Below are positions 11,914-24,743 of a stretch of DNA of 64,000 bases, in pieces. Each line of letters starts with the position of its first letter. Within the stretch, counting starts at the first letter, position 1. The notes under the pieces were generated by a model. It did not search any database. It was given only the letters and a program-made list of their open reading frames with translations, and was not told the origin of the DNA. The position numbers and the translations under genes are program-made. The stretch is from Paraspadella gotoi. Lineage: Eukaryota; Animalia; Chaetognatha. The DNA is taken from positions 22,408,833-22,472,832 of the forward strand of contig CM119263.1 in the NCBI GenBank assembly GCA_051294375.1. Reading direction: 5' to 3'.

Positions 11914-13471
11914 GAGGAAATAGAATAGTTTTCTTTTTTTTTTTTTTTTGCGCGAAATATTGTTGGTTCTGATTCATTCCATTTTTTTTCATTTTCGGTA
12001 TTATTTCGTTGTTCATGATTCGGGGATGGTACCCGCAAAGTTACCAGCATTGTTAATGAGGTCTTTGCTCTTTTTGTTTGTTTAAAACAAAACGCATATT
12101 TACCGTTTCCGTGTCTATTCACGAAAGATTTACTTTTTTGTGCATAAAAAAATTCTCAAAATGCCATGGAGACTGCCTAAAATTATTCTTGCTAACACGG
12201 AATTATTTCGAAACATGACATAACGTATCTAGAAACAACGAGATATGAAATTATCGGGTCGGCCTTATTTGTTAGCAAGAGTGATTTGTGGACGTCTTAT
12301 GTGGCAGACTGGGACGATTAACAATCAAGTAGCAAAGTAAATGTAATTATTCAATTCGAGATATCCCTGTATTGAAGAGTTAGTCGAGCAATTTCAGATG
12401 TTCAGTACATTTTCATTAAGAATTGTAATATAAGTCGCTGCTGATCATCTTCAGCTCTGTCACCCATTTGTTTTTGTTTTCGTTAAAACAGGTTTTCCCC
12501 AACGAGTCAGCGATTTTGAAGCTAGCTGATGAACTTAAACGAATAAAAATGAGAAAAATAGCCGATCGATGCAAAATAGGTGGTGTCCTCGATATTTCCA
12601 ACTTGCAAGTTATTAACCATGTTAATTCAACTAAAGAGTTATTTTTCGACGATTTGCTTTTACTGAGATGAGGAGAGAACTAAAATTGTCAATGAATTAC
12701 ATTACATATTATATTATTAGAATTATGTAATAAAATTGTTTAATCACAGAATTATTATATACCTGTTCCCAAGGATCTCAGTGCAAAGAGGCGCTCCTTG
12801 ATCCCTGATTAGAAATGTGTATCATTTAGTAATCGTTTACGAGTTATTTCGTTACAAAAGAGTTACGATCTTTCAATGGTTGTTCCAATCAAGAGATTCT
12901 GAAGAATTAGCTGTTTTATTTAGTGTTATAAGGATAGATTTTAAATGCAATTTGAAATAAATGTATTATTACCTTGATTTAATTCCTAGCTGGTTCGCGT
13001 TTGTTTAACTTTAATTACGCGCATGTTGGTCGTCCACTGCAGAGGGCAGATATGGCGAAACATTTGGTCTTCAAGCAGACTCCTCAATCCGCATGTCATC
13101 AATTTCGAAACATGACCCGCACGTTTTACTGTCCAAAAAACTGTTATTTTTCTAAAAAGCTATATAAAATGTGAACATTTTGAATAAGATTACAGCATAT
13201 TCGTGTTAATAAGTCGATTATAGAAGTAGAGTGGCTTTGATTAACTTTATTTTGCCATTCATCTAAAAAAAAACTTGGCATCTGTAATCTTTTCTTTGGA
13301 TTTCTCGTTCGGTGGCTTTCTTTACGCGTGGTCACCATATCCAGTACCAAACTATATTTTTCCATTGTTCTCATCGATTTTGAGGTTTACGTTTCGCATT
13401 TTGTATTCCGTTGAATGCTAATTTTGGTCGTCGTCGTCGATTTGATTTATTGTAGAAGTTTTGGACGGAAA

Positions 13472-14469
13472 ATGTCGATATTCACGCCGACGAACCAAAA
13501 ACGGCTGACAAACGTGGCCTTAGTTCGAATGAAAAAAGGAGGCAAGAGGTTTGAGATCGCCTGCTACAACAACAAAGTCACGAGTTGGAGAAGCAAGTTG
13601 GAAAAAGATATCGACGAGGTGCTCCAAACTCACACAGTCTTCACTAATGTCTCCAAGGGTCAAGTCGCCAAATCCGAAGATCTCAAGAGGATTTTCGGAA
13701 CGGAGTCGCACGAGGAAGTTTGTCTACAAATTCTGAGCAAGGGAGATTTGCAAGTTTCCGAAAAAGGTTGGATAATTCGCGTGTAAACTCAAATTTGAAA
13801 AAAATTTAGAATTAAATTTTATTTTTACAAATAAGTCAATTGTGAGTTTTCGCATAATTAAAAAGAAATAATTGCGTTTCTTCTTCATCACTTCCAACAG
13901 AACGCGCTCTGGACCGCGGGACGATGATGAAGGAGATCGCGACAATCGTGGCGGACAAATGCGTCAACCCTGAAACACTTCGTCCCTATTCGACGACGAT
14001 GATCGAAACAGCCATCAAGAACGAACTCCACTTCAGTCTCAATCCCAACAAAAACTCCAAGCAGCAAGCGCTAGAAGTCATCCGACAGCTCAAGGAAAAC
14101 GGGAGTTTGAAGATCGACCGGGCGCAGATGCGGTTGAGGATAGGTGAGGGTCTGTTAGTCAGTGATGGTGTTGCTAGTATTCATGGGTTGGTTCTCTAAT
14201 CTACAATTTTTTAAGTATCGTTAATTTGTTCCCTTTTTGCAGAGGTACCGTTAAAAGACGGCAAAGTCATCAAGGAACGAGTGTCTCGTCTCGCCTCCAA
14301 AGTAGAGGAGGAGAATTTTTCCTCGGACTCTCTGGAGATGGTTTTCCTCGTTGACCCCGGAACTTTTCGCGAACTCGACGAGGTCGTTCGGAGCGGAACC
14401 AAGGGAAAGGGGAGACTCGAAGTTGTGGACTTAAAAGAGGCCGCCGAGGGAGACTCCTACTTTAATTGA
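13472..14469 (+). CDS. SBDS: Ribosome maturation factor SBDS (exons 13472-13766, 13901-14143, 14243-14469)
   Basis: Diagnostic N-terminus [32 protein letters not shown], plus [19 protein letters not shown] and [15 protein letters not shown] junctions keep frame. Confidence 0.96.
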
Positions 14470-14868
14470 ATTCGTTTTCTTCTCTCTTTTCTTTGCTTTT
14501 ATCTATTGCTCTACTTATTCAAACTCGAAGTCAAAAAGACTTCTTTATTACTAGGGGTCGGAGCACTGCTTGATTCCAGCGGAGACGTAAATTGTTTTCG
14601 AGTTCTTAAATTTTAGATACCGAAGTATTACAGTAGCTAACATCTAGGAAAAGATTATAAAAAATGCCTCCAATCTTATGATCGTCATGCATTATGCCTC
14701 TTGGAGATATAAAATTCGGTGCGACGTTGTTCTTCCATTCCTATCCTAGCTGTCCTCATCTCTAATATCTCTCCTCTCTAAAATTCCTTTTTTGAAACTT
14801 TATTTGTATCTCTCTCTCTTTTTTTTCCATTTCTTTTTCTCTCTCTTTCTCTCTCTTTCTCTCTATAA

Positions 14869-15365
14869 AACAAGTTTGAGCAAACAATGTCGGATCTGCC
14901 TACGATAATTAAGCGGTAAACAGCTAATCAGATGATAAATCACTATAGTTCATAATTCAATACATATTGATCGCTTGCAATAGATTAAACTGAACTTTTA
15001 GTATGGTAGAAATAATTACAAATAAAGCAATTATTATTATTTTTTCAACTTGCATCATGTTTTCACCTCGCATCATTTTCTTAACTTCATCATTTTTTTC
15101 AAATTGCATCATTTTTCATTTTAATTAATTAATTAAAACAGTTATGAGTAAGCATAAATAATAAAAATTCAAGTCAACTTGACTTTAGTTGGTTGGACTC
15201 ATTTCCGGACGGATATCGTTTTTTTTTTTTTATTTGCATAATTTATCATAATTCAATGTTCTGATATGTTCTGATATGATCCGACAAGATTTGGGGGGGT
15301 GGACAGACGGAGCGACAAAGTTGATTATAGAGTCGCAATCTGCGATTAGCAGATCCGACTAAAAA
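14869..15365 (+). mobile_element. Helentron/DINE-1-like non-autonomous element, copy 1
   Basis: Starts AACAAGTTTGAGCAAACAATGTCGGATCTGCC, has a GACA/GACG simple repeat, and ends in a hairpin GCAGATCCGACT-AAAAA that is complementary to the 5' subterminal sequence. Confidence 0.7.
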
Positions 15366-15387
15366 TTTTATTACAATCTTCCTATTT

Positions 15388-15429
15388 CGCGCTGATGAAG
15401 TCTCGCAATTAGAGCCAAATCATGTCCGT
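15388..15429 (+). ncRNA. Decayed hammerhead motif copy
   Basis: gcg-CUGAUGA-a-GUCUC-gcaauua-GAGCC-aaauc-AUGUC-cgu; the GAAA half is mutated. Confidence 0.45.
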
Positions 15430-15634
15430 TTTAAATAAAACGTTGTTTGAAAAAAAATAAAAAATTTTAAGATTTTTCTGCCTTTAATAAGAGAAATAAT
15501 TATTAAGTAATTTGGGACCTCCCGTCCGGTCATTTTTCCTTGGTCGTTTCAGTTGACCTTTTCAAACCAGTCTTTTTACCGTTCCAGTCTCTTTCTCATG
15601 ACTTTTTTTATAATAATTGTTTCAGTAAAAGATC

Positions 15635-16528
15635 GGCCGTATGAAACCGTAGTTTTTAGTTTTTATGATATCTAAGGATTTTCAAAAAAAATTTTGTATA
15701 ACATTTATTTTGCCAGTCATTTATTCTCTATGAAAAACGTATTCACGATTTATTCGTCATTTATTCAACATTTACATTATTTGTGATTTAGAAATCCTTG
15801 CTCTGTTAAATTATATGAAGCCTATTCATCCTACAGCCGATGCATTGAACGCTAGAGTGGAGCACTCAAGAACAAAAAATTTATTTGAATGATCGAACAA
15901 TGATATTTAGAGTGAGATAGTATGATTAACTAGTACAAAAATATTTTAGTTCATATTATCTCGGGAACAGAATAGTAAAATATAATATATTTGTAGTAAT
16001 ATCCTTATAAAATAGTAAATTTTAAAAATAATTTTTATAAAATTTTATTAAAGATTCAGATTCTTCATAAAAGTTGAATCAAAAATATAAAACATGTATC
16101 AAAAATTCTGTCATCTTCAATGTTAAAATAAGAAAAAAGGTAAAATTCTACTTTTTTATTCTCTTAGTAGAAACTTATATATGTTAAAACGTTTTGTCAT
16201 TTTTTATAATCTAAACATTAAATATCATATAACATATTTTATAAAAGTTTCTTAGTTTTTTCGCGAATCCAAAATGTTCTTAAAATAAAAAAAAATTATT
16301 TTGAAATTTATGATTTTATAAGGATATTACTAATAAAAAATTAATTTGATACTGTTATGCAATTTTTTTTAAAAAGGATTTAAAATTTATTAATTATATG
16401 CAAGGCAGCAAAAAAATAATGTTCAATCACTCAATCTTTTCATCACTCCACCCTATTGAACGCGCGACTCTCGAGGCATAGAAAATAATAAATATTTTTT
16501 ACAGTAAAAACTACGGTTCCTGAAGGCC
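15635..16528. mobile_element. Older TIR element hosting hAT MITE copy 1
   Basis: Imperfect 26-bp inverted ends GGCCGTATGAAACCGTAGTTTTTAGT / AGTAAAAACTACGGTTCCTGAAGGCC; TSD unclear. Confidence 0.45.
15853..16455. mobile_element. hAT-type MITE, copy 1
   Basis: Termini TAGAGTGGAG...CTCCACCCTA with a perfect 8-bp TSD TTGAACGC (15845-15852 and 16456-16463). Confidence 0.88.
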
Positions 16529-16894
16529 AATAAGTTTTTTAAATTTGATTTTTTGTGAATGATCAATTTTACCTAATTTTGGTTAAAAGAAACCTCAAGC
16601 CAGCAACTTGAAAAGCGGCTAGAAATGGTCATATAAGGTCACGTGAAAAGTGAACGTTTTTTATTATCTGTTTTGTTTATGAAGATTTTTTTTTTAAATC
16701 TTGACTTGCGCAGCAATTTTTGTAGTTTTTACTGCAGAAAAATTGTTAGTTTTTTTACGCCAGCAAGTTTGAGAATTCGAGATCGGCCGTCCAGTGAACA
16801 GATTTTTTTTTTGTGGCTCTCCAAATCTTGAGAAGTGAAAATTACGAATAAATTCACTCGCCATTGTATTATTCCTTTCTTTTTCGTTGAGTTT

Positions 16895-16935
16895 AAGATG
16901 AAGATTCGCAACCAAAAGAGTCGAAACATGTCCGT
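16895..16935 (+). ncRNA. Decayed hammerhead motif copy
   Basis: aaGAUGA-a-GAUUC-gcaaccaaaa-GAGUC-GAAAC-AU-GUC-cgu; C3 and U4 are lost. Confidence 0.5.
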
Positions 16936-17190
16936 ATATAAATTAATTCGTTGATGAAACAAATTTTCAAACTTTTTCTAAATAAATTCACAAAATCTTA
17001 TATTTTTGAAGACACAAATCATGAATAACGAGGGAAGTGTGGTTTGGAGACTAGCAGGCGATATTGAATGCTCGTCTCTGCAGGCGTGAAAAGAAAAAAC
17101 CTTTTCACAGAGGAAGTTAGTTTAATTAGCTCATACTGTTTTCGAAGGTGAGAAAAAGACTATTTAAAATAAAAAGTTGGAAAATGGAAT

Positions 17191-17366
17191 TAGTATAAAA
17201 AACGGACATGTTACGGCTATATTGTTAGCCTTCTTCCGCGCAAAATTTTGATTTGAAATTCTCACAGATTTTTTGCCAAAAAGTAATGGTTAGAGAGAGG
17301 AAGAGAGAGAGAGAGAGAGAAAAGAAGGCTAACAATATAGCCGAAACATGTCCGTTTTTCATACTA
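17191..17366. repeat. Inverted pair of hammerhead-type repeats with a different stem II (GGCUA/UAGCC)
   Basis: 17202-17241(-) reads gcg-CGGAAGA-a-GGCUA-acaaua-UAGCC-GUAAC-AU-GUC-cgu. 17322-17355(+) reads AAGA-a-GGCUA-acaaua-UAGCC-GAAAC-AU-GUC-cgu. Together they form ~45-bp inverted arms. Confidence 0.65.
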
Positions 17367-17864
17367 ATGACATTCGTTGTATGACATAAAAATAAAAACT
17401 TTTTACTTTAATGCTACCTACCCAACGAAATGAAAGAAATAATACAAAGACTATTTTAAAGTTTGATACGCATGTAATTCTTTCCTTTCCTTTCTCAAAA
17501 AAAATAACTTCTAAACTAAAGCATAGAGTTATCACCTTTTGATTTACTTTGACAAAGATACATATAGAAAACATTTGAAATGAATGACTTTGTCAATTTT
17601 CTTGATTGTATGAGGCTATGCCATAATTCTCTTGTTCGCAATAATATTTGAAATTAATTTGTTTAGTTTTTGGCTAGAAGTTAAAATAAAAACTTTATGC
17701 TTTATACACGAATTCCGAAACGCAACGAAAAGAAAAAAAATTACATAGCTAGGAGTATGTAATTAGTATATTTAGATAACAATTATTTCATAAAAGTTGT
17801 TAATTTAGAGGTTATTGAGCTTGTATAGATTACTTTGAACTAGTTTAGCATTAGATATAGTCAT

Positions 17865-18484
17865 TAGAGTGGAGCACTGGGGAACATAAATTTTATTTGA
17901 GTGATCAAACAAGGATATTTAGACGTGAGATAGTATGATTAAGGAGTACAAAAAATATTTTGCTTATATTGTTTGAGGAACAGTATCATTAATTACAATA
18001 TATTTATAGTAATATTTTTATAAAATCATAAATTTTTAAAATAATTTTTTAAAAATTTTTATTAAAGATTCTGATTCTTTATAAAAAGTTAGATCAAAAA
18101 TATAAAATATGTTATTAAAAATTTTAATGTCTTCAGCATCAAAAATGGAAAAAAAAGGTCAAATTCTTTACTTTTTTACACTTTGTAGTAGAAACTATTA
18201 TATGATGAAACGTTTTGGTCATTTTTTGCAGCTTTAACCTTTATGTAACATATTTTACAAAAGTTTTTCAGTTTTTCCGGCGAATCCAAAACTGTTCTTG
18301 AAATTAAAAAAATATGATTTTGAAATTTTATGATTTTATAAGGATATTACTATAAAAAAAATTTAATTAATGATACTGTTATGCAATTTTTTTTTGAAAA
18401 AGGGCTTAATTATTTTTTATTACATATACAAAGGCAGCAAAAAAACATTATTCCATCGCTTAATCTTTTCATCACTCCACCCTA
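17865..18484. mobile_element. hAT-type MITE, copy 2
   Basis: Same termini, collinear with copy 1, and a different perfect 8-bp TSD ATAGTCAT (17857-17864 and 18485-18492). Confidence 0.88.
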
Positions 18485-18751
18485 ATAGTCATTATTTATC
18501 ATAGTTGATCTAAAACTTTCAATTTTTGTAATTTTAGTTTTCTTCGACCTAATTTGCATATTACAGTAGATTTACTCGGATGGCGCAAAGAATAGTGTAA
18601 TTTCATTGGGCTGAATGGCGCTTAAAAATCTTGTAATTATACTACTACGTCATTTAAAAACGTTCCCGCTGGGATAATGAATAAAATAGTTTTATTTTAG
18701 GTATTGCTCCTCCCCCTATTATTACGCTATTTATTAGTTTTTTCAGTCGAG

Positions 18752-20221
18752 ATGTCCGTCGGTAGCCGACCAGAAAAGGAAGCCTTTTACTCCAGCGACG
18801 AGGATTTTGAGAGCGAGCCTGAGCTGTTTCCTACGCCGGATCCAGTTGCCGCGCCTCCCCCAGATACCAAATATCAATCGCCGGAGGTGTCTCCCTCGCG
18901 CGCTTCGTCCAAATCCTCAAAACCGGAAAACCCGACCGAAATCACTCCAGAAACTCACCTTCGCCGCGCCCACCGTCGTATTCGCCTGCTTCTGGCGTCG
19001 GAACCGGCGCTGGGCCAAACTCCAGTCGATGTCACTGTCCTTGACGACTTCATACGCTGCGTCCCACTAGCGCGCATCGTCTTCGGTGACTTTCATTGGC
19101 GTGTCGGTCGCGCCCACGCTGATCTCGCACTAGCATACCTCGATGTGCTGGCGCTACCAACGCAGGCTCACGACCACGCCCTAACCGCCAAGTCGCTCCT
19201 CGCACAGAACGTCGATCTGCCCGAGCATCATCCCCGTGAAAAGGCGGGAATTTTGGAGAGTTTTCTCGTCGCCTACTACGCGCTAGGCCGTTCCTGCGCC
19301 CGTCTCGACAAAGATGTCGAGGCGGAGAAAGCGCTCTTAAAGTGTGAGAGGATTCATGGCGAGTTCGCCAAGTTGACTTGCGTTCCCGACGCCGTGGCGA
19401 GGGACTGGGAAATAAAAATCGTGCTCGCTGTTGCCAGACTCTCCGCCAAGAGGAAGAGCTATGACACTGCTGAGGACGAGTTTCGACGCTGCCTCGACTT
19501 GATAGGGAAAACTGGTAACGGTGGCGAAGACGAGGACGCCGAAGGGATCGATGATGATGTTGCTCTAGTTCCGGTGCTGATGGATTTGGCGCGAATGAAG
19601 CAGTCGATAGGGTCGTCGACTCAGATCGAAGCCAGCATCGACATCTTCCTAAAAGCGCACACCATCAACGTCCGCGAGCATCCCGAGGATCATCACTTGT
19701 CCACGGCGCGGTCGGCTCTCGCCGTTGGACGTGCCTACGCGGCCCTGGACGGAGAGGACGCGAGAATCTCCGGAGAAGCGCACATGAGGAAATCGGTTGA
19801 GTCATTAGAAGTGTTGCTCGGATGCGCACACGAAGAGACGCAGGTGACGAGCAATTTAAATAATTTTTCGAAGACGCCAGAATGTTGTGATAACCTCAGA
19901 GGTAATTTTTTTGAAAATTTTTACTAGGCTGGGCTAGGATATCTCGCGAAACTGCTGATTCGTATGTCGAAAACTCCGGAAGCGGTCGAAGTCTTGAAGA
20001 AAAAGATTCGCGGCCGTTTCGAAGCCGAAGGAGGAGAATTCTCTGATGCCATGGCTGCCGACCATCAACTCTTAGGATCTCTATTTCTCGCCAACGGTCA
20101 ACTTGATCGAGCGCACGCTCACTTAAAAAAGTGCCACGCTATACAGCGCGTGGTACTAGGACCAAATCACAGAAAGACCAAGGCCACGCTTGATACCATC
20201 AACTCTATTCCCATGCAATGA
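18752..20221 (+). CDS. TTC23: TTC23/TTC23L-like TPR protein (exons 18752-19843, 19928-20221)
   Basis: IRCVPLARIVFGDFHWRVGRAHADLALAY resembles the TTC23 N-terminal TPR. C-terminal kinesin-light-chain-like TPR AIQRVVLGPNHRKT. Phase-0 intron. Confidence 0.72.
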
Positions 20222-20370
20222 AGATAAAACTCTCACTTTCCAGTTCACTTAATTCATGCCTTTTTTCTAGTCAGGATTTACACATTCAAATTCCGTCCAA
20301 ATTTTATTTACACGTTATTTTTTGTGTTGCATGCTATTTTTCAGAAAGTAATTTGTTTGCGATTATTAAT

Positions 20371-21785
20371 ATGGATGGATTCGCGTTAGGAGTAGACATT
20401 GGAACGACCAATGTAAAATGTACTGTCCTCGAAATATCTAGCAAATGTGTTGTCGCTTCAATGTGCCAAGAAACCGATGCTTATATTAATTATTTACGAC
20501 CTCATATGGAGCAGGATGTTTCAAAAATATATGCTGTCATCGACACGCTATTGCGTTTAATACCCGGGGAGGTTAAGAATAAAATAGTGACTATAGGTAA
20601 AGATGATAGAACGTATCTACATTTAAACAAGCCATAACATTTGTACTCAACCTGCAAGGTGTTTCTGGTCAGATGCATGGAATCATTCTGTGGAACGCCG
20701 CTTCTCAAAAGAATGTTGTACGTTTGGATTTTTCGGGTATTGGGGAAGACTTGTCTCATCTTATTACTTGGGAAGACAGTCGGTGTGACGAGACATTTTT
20801 GCGTTCTCTTCCCATATCACCCAGCGGCCCTATTTCAACCGGCTTTGGTTGCGCCACCCTTTTCTGGCTACAACATCATTCTTCCCTAGAACGGTACGAC
20901 CGTTGCGGAACTGTCCAGGATTTGTTCGTCTCGTGCCTTTGCGACAGTTTTCCTACAATGACGGATCATAACGCCTTTTCTTGGGGATATTTCGATCCCA
21001 TCTCGCGAGCTTGGGAAAAGAAACTTTTGAGCTCGACCGGTTTTCCCACTGGGCTTCTTCCTTGTATCATTCCAGTCGGATCCGTGGCCGGTCACCTCAA
21101 GGCCTCTTGGTTAGGCTTGCCTCTGGGAATCCCGGTTCACGCCGCCGTCGGCGATTTCCAAGCCTCCCTCTTTGCCGCCTTGAGAGATGACACGAACAAA
21201 GCTCTCCTCAACATCGGCACCTCTTCCCAGCTGGCCATTTTGAGTACCAACACAGCGGAGTCTTGTCCCACGGCCGACAGAGTTCCTTACTTGGACGGTA
21301 AAAACGCGCTGGTCGCGGCCTCCCTCAATGGGGGAAACGTTTTAACGGAGTTGGTTCGTGCACTCAAGGATTTCGCCTTGAAAATGGGAAGCGACGCGAC
21401 CGTCGACGATGTTTGGCGCGTCGTGTTGGAGGAAGGTGCTTCGGTCCCCACCACCGACCTCTTCGCCACGCCTACCCTCTTTGGCGAAAGGAGCGCTCCG
21501 TCTTCTAGAGCGTCTCTAGCCAACTTGTCTTCGAAGAATTTTACTATTGGTCATTTGACTCGCGCGTTTTGTCGCGGATTAATCGTCAATTTAGCGGGAA
21601 TGATTTCGCCTGATTTTCTGCGTGGGCGCGGAGTCGACGAAATTGTCGTCGTGGGAGGCGCGGTGTCGAAAAACCCCATTCTTTTCAGCGAAATTCAAAA
21701 CGTTTTTGGTTTAAAATTGACGCCGTTCGATGCCTTAAAGGACACTGCCTACGGTGCAGCCTTGTTTGCTGTTACTAAAATTTAG
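20371..21785 (+). CDS. SHPK: Sedoheptulokinase, FGGY kinase family (exons 20371-20596, 20659-21785)
   Basis: LGVDIGTTNVK, IGVSGQMHG across a 62-nt intron, LITWEDSRC, TGFGCATLFWL, GDFQAS, LNIGTSSQL, AASLNGGN, GER. Confidence 0.92.
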
Positions 21786-21885
21786 CATTTCATCGTTTTG
21801 ATTTTTCTATTTTATTTTTAGAATTTATTGACTATTGCATTGGTCTTAACTTGATTAGAAAGAGGAACAACGACAGTAAATAAAA

Positions 21886-24546
21886 ATGTCCTACTCTTTG
21901 AGAAGCAAAGGTGAGCACAAAAAGGAGGATGAGTTAGAATCAAGGGGTAAAGTATGGAGTCCCATAAAAGAACACATTACATCACTTCGTCTTCTTCAAG
22001 GTCGGGCTCCGATGACGCATACGCCGCCAGTGGCGGAAAAGACGAGGCGGAAGTCCAGTCGTCGATTACTTCAGTCGGAGGAAACGCCTTCGGTGGAAAC
22101 ACCCTCGGGAGCTTCGGACTCGGAAGAACACAGCAGCCAGCTCTTATCGCCGAGCGGAGAGGCGACTTTGACGGCTTTCATCGAAGAATCATGGAAAAGC
22201 GGAGTGGCGGATCTTATCAAAGAAGCCGAAGATGAAATGGAAGAAAATCTTATTCCTCTCGGCGACGAGACGACCGTGAAGACTCCAGATGCCGAAGCGG
22301 TAAATGATCCGGTGGTGGAAGATGAAAAGGGAGAAACAACCGCGAGACTGGAAGTCATTGTTCTTGACTCTGAAGATGAAGTAAATATTAAAGACGATGA
22401 AAAACACAGGCCAACGGAGAAAAGCCCAAGCAAAACAAATAACAGCCCGAGGAAATCAGATATTGTGGAATATGAGATTCCCTCCAGTCCGGATGTCATT
22501 GAAGAAAAATCTCCACCATCGGATATTGACGTTGACATGGGCGAAGACGTTGAACCACTTTATGATACATTAGCAAGTTGCGATTCCGTTCAGCCCGTTC
22601 CTAATCCGACTTTGTCTCTAAACCCAGAAGGGGACAATGAATTACCCGTCACTAAGCCAATAATAGCGGATTCTTCCGCCATGGGGATAATAAATGATTA
22701 TGGAGCAGAAAATGAGATCGACTCGTCTATTTCCAAGGATTCCCAGATTGTTTCAGAAAAAGACGAAAATCTCAACTTGTGGCACAAAATGAACGAACCG
22801 GGTCTCACCAAAGTTCCCATCGATCCTTCTGCAACTGGTAAAATCAACGAGAAAGAGTTAAGAGCGACGAACTACAACGAGAGTTTATGTCCTACAGATA
22901 TGGATGTCGGCGATGAAGAAGCGGAAGCGCAGAGACTTGCAGACCTATTAAAGGACCCCGAAGAAGCCGCCCTGGAGAGCCTCGTTTTCGGCGACGACGG
23001 CGAGATCCTCGACGAGTTTGAGAAGAAAGAGCCTTCATTAAAACAGATATCCGGCGACGACATGGACCAAGAGCCCGCTGCGGCTTGGCTCGACGAGGAC
23101 GACGAAGAAGCAGAGATTTCCGCCAAAGATCCTCGCCATCGAAAGTGTTTTCGCCGGAAAGGCGGCGACCCTAACGCCGTTGTCAAGGGGCCCGCCTTGA
23201 AGAAGAAGTTAAAGCGAGAATTCGAGAAGGTCATGGGCGAAGCTCCGTCGTGGGCGCAACCTTCAAAGAGGAATAAGACGGATCCGGACTCTGACGACGA
23301 GGCGTCGAATCTCGCCATGCGCGCCGGAAGTTTCGTCAAAACCACCAAGCCTAAGAGTCTTTCCTTCGCCCAGGGATTGCTGGACTTTAAAAAGTGTCGG
23401 CGGGTCAATTCTCAGCAACCTGGAAGGAAAATTAAACGGATTCAATTTCATCCAACATCGCAGGTGAATAGAATTGCCGGAAACTTAGTTTTACGTATGA
23501 ACAAATGTGACAGGAAGAAGAACATCCTTCAGTTAGATTTAATTTCCTTTTTTTGCGTATTATTATAATTTGATTTAAAAACGTTTAAAAAAAACTTTTT
23601 TAGGTGATGATGTCAGCTGGCTTGGACCAGATTCTTCGGCTCTACCAAATTGACGGCGTTGATAATCCTTTGATTCAATCCGTGGCTTTCGAAAAGTTTT
23701 CCATTCACTCGGCGGCGTTTACCGTCGACGGTTCTAGCGTTGTTCTCACCTGCAACAAGCCGTGGTTCAAGATTTATGACCTGATTGGCGGAAATACGAC
23801 TCACGTACCGGTCCTAAAAAGTGAGAAAGTTCTTTGACCATATTGTATTTCGTTAAACTCACTCTAATCTCGTCATTCGTTTTTTAGAACAATTATCACT
23901 GAAAAAGTTTCGGTTAACGCCGGACGGAAAATCTGCTGCGTTCTTAGCGCCCTACGGTTACGTCCACGTCATGGACCTTTCCTCCAAAGAAATTAGCTCT
24001 TCGGTCAAAATGAACGGCGCCGTCAAATCTGTTTCTTTCATCCAACGGTCCGGCCTTCCTCGCTTACTGACCCACGGCGAGGGCGGCGACGTTTACGTCT
24101 GGGACGTGCGAAACACGTCCGCCTGCCTTCACCGCTTCGCCGACGACGGCTGCAACGAAGGCAGCGCCGTCGGTGTCTCTTGCGACTCCTCGTTGATCGC
24201 CTGCGGTTCGGCTAACGGCATACTCAACGTTTACGACGCCGCCGCAGCGCTGTCCCAACGATACCCGACGCCGAAGAAGACTTTCAAAAATCTCCTGACC
24301 ACAATTCACGACATCAAATTCAATCATTCGGGGGAGATCATGTGTTTCGCCAGCGGCGAAGGGGCGGGTTCCGTCCGCCTCGCCCACGTGCCGACTCTTA
24401 ATGTGTTCGCCAACTTTCCCCCGGTGGGACTCGTAATGGGGAATCCGCGCGACGTGGACTTTTCTCCGCACAGCGGATACTTTGCCGTCGCTGACAGCAA
24501 AGATAAGATTCACCTCAATCGGCTGAATTATTATGACAACTTTTAG
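21886..24546 (+). CDS. UTP18: U3 snoRNP WD40 protein UTP18 with a long acidic N-terminal extension (exons 21886-23463, 23604-23820, 23888-24546; ~817 aa)
   Basis: LESLVFG, AAWLDEDDEE, PSWA, IQFHP, AGLDQILRLYQIDG, HRFADDGC and VFANFP motifs. Junctions keep frame. Confidence 0.9.
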
Positions 24547-24743
24547 GGAGATTTATTTTGGATGTTCGATCCAGTGAAAGAAAAAATAACTTTGTTTTGG
24601 CAATCGAGTTACTTTCTAATTAATGTTAAAGTACTACGTTTTCTAGTGAATTTATTATTTTATAATTACTTAATGTTGTTGTTTTCAGATGGCCAACCCA
24701 AGAAATACTCTTTGATCATTGTAATAAAAATGAACGTCAAAAA

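Noticed and set aside
4900-13130. Possible snoRNAs in the ~1.5-kb spacers (scattered TGATGA/CTGA and small hairpins near 5030, 7545 and 12770)
   Set aside because: I could not pair the boxes with terminal stems or rRNA-complementary guides by eye; a snoRNA scan would be needed.
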